From: Lama guanicoe
Lineage: Eukaryota
Direction of reading: 5' to 3'
DNA: 64,000 nt
Assembly: GCA_013239625.1 (NCBI GenBank)
Contig: MU054400.1
Location: 4,403,802-4,467,801, forward strand
Position 1 is the first letter of the stretch; each line of letters begins with the position of its first letter. The translations under genes and the position numbers were made by a program. The notes under the pieces are model-generated. The model did not search any database. It had not been told where the DNA came from and worked only from the letters and a program-made list of their open reading frames with translations. Of this stretch, positions 62,915 through 64,000 are shown piece after piece.

Positions 62915-63556
62915 GCAGATTCCCAATGGAAGTGCTACCAACAGCCAAGGTACATTTTGGAAACATGTGAAGGGGTGTGTTGGCTACTGCGGTGATCAGG
63001 GGCTAGATGTCATCTCCCACAATGAAGAATTATCCAGCGTCCTGCAGCATTTCCAACTGTCCGCTAGACATTTACATATAAAACCAAAAGGCCCTTTGGC
63101 ATGATTTTAACATATGCTAAGTTTTCCAGAGATGCAAATTTGTACATTAAGTGGAGATGGTACTTTGGTTCACAGAACTTTACCATGAATTTTTGCCTTA
63201 TTGGAAAATATGTTACCAACAGCAGCATCACTCTCAGTATCTGAGTCACCCCTGGGACTGGCAGTCGTCACATCCCTGATGATTCTTCACACAGGTGCAG
63301 TAACTGAGCACTTAATTCTGTCTCCCAGTGTGAGTATGCCCTGCCTTCATGGGCTGAAGCATTTATTATGTACTACAAACGTCTTTCATTGTAATTTTTC
63401 TTTACATCGAAGTTTGGGCTCTATGTGAATTTTCAAAATATGTGCTCCAGTAAATTATGTCATTTCTGAATTTCTTCTCAGGGTAGTCAAGGGGATGTTA
63501 CAAAATATCTCTTATGAAAAGGACGCCTTTGATCTCACAGTGCTGAGCACCACCAA
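62915..63556 (+). mobile_element. MER20B-like hAT-Charlie element
   Basis: cacaatgaagaattatcc...ttttccagagatgcaa...gaactttacca...gggatgttacaaaatat match the remembered MER20B order. Confidence 0.7.
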
Positions 63557-63559
63557 GCT

Positions 63560-63785
63560 TCTCAAATAGTCCAATGAAGAAATGCTGAAGACCTGAGCTT
63601 TGGAAATGGAGGCGAGGCAATGAATTCAGGAGATATTTCGAAAGCAAAAATGTAAAGGACTGGACGGTGTTTCATATTTTAGATTGAGAGAGAAAGGAGA
63701 CTGTTGACTTAGGCTATTAAGTGGGTACCTGAAAAGTGTAACTTTGGAGACGCGAGGATGGTCTTCATGTTCACTAGCACAGCGC
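63560..63785 (-). mobile_element. L2 remnant
   Basis: ggaaatggagg...gaattcaggagatattt. Confidence 0.45.
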
Positions 63786-64000
63786 TGGGTACCATAAGCA
63801 TCTAACGATACCAGTCAACTGGCTTCCTATAGCCCTTTTCCTCCCTGGAACATTCAGGAAAGAGGAAGAACGTTCCTATTGGGTTACACCAAGCACAGAT
63901 GTCATCCCGATCTGTGGGAAGACTTCTCTCAAAGCTCTTTGCATGTGTCAAGGCGCAGAGCTCTCCCACAGGCAGGGAGAGCATCTTCATGTGACCACAG

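Noticed and set aside
1..64000. CRISPR array, operon, prophage, rRNA or novel multi-gene system
   Set aside because: No repeat-spacer periodicity or dense coding; the sequence is repeat-rich mammalian non-coding DNA.

Overview
Mammalian genomic DNA, most likely camelid. Two tRNA-derived SINEs match the vic-1 type, and I saw no Alu, B1, Bov-A/BovB, PRE1 or Can-SINE. I recognise no host protein-coding exon. The only real protein homologies in the ORF track are LINE-1 ORF2 fragments, and the other ORFs look spurious. Much of the window is transposon debris: L1 of several ages, L2, MIR, MaLR/ERVL LTRs, a probable Gypsy-type LTR and DNA transposons (MER82, Charlie1, MER20B). The first ~17 kb looks regulatory, with a CpG island (~11.8-12.4 kb), a TATA/GC-box promoter candidate whose minus-strand first exon ends ATG|GTAAGG, two candidate small minus-strand exons and an E-box cluster. 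This suggests the 5' part or large intron of an unidentified minus-strand gene. I found no credible new protein-based system. The best-supported oddities are genome-dynamic: a 161-bp perfect-identity tract between two otherwise diverged nested L1s (probable gene conversion), a SINE plus L1-tail chimera inside one 17-bp target-site duplication (TSD), an L1 whose endonuclease start is fused to its C-terminus, a very young L1 with a perfect TSD, and a short dispersed local duplication. Repeat family names come from remembered consensus sequences and need RepeatMasker/Dfam confirmation. Boundaries of old repeats are approximate.
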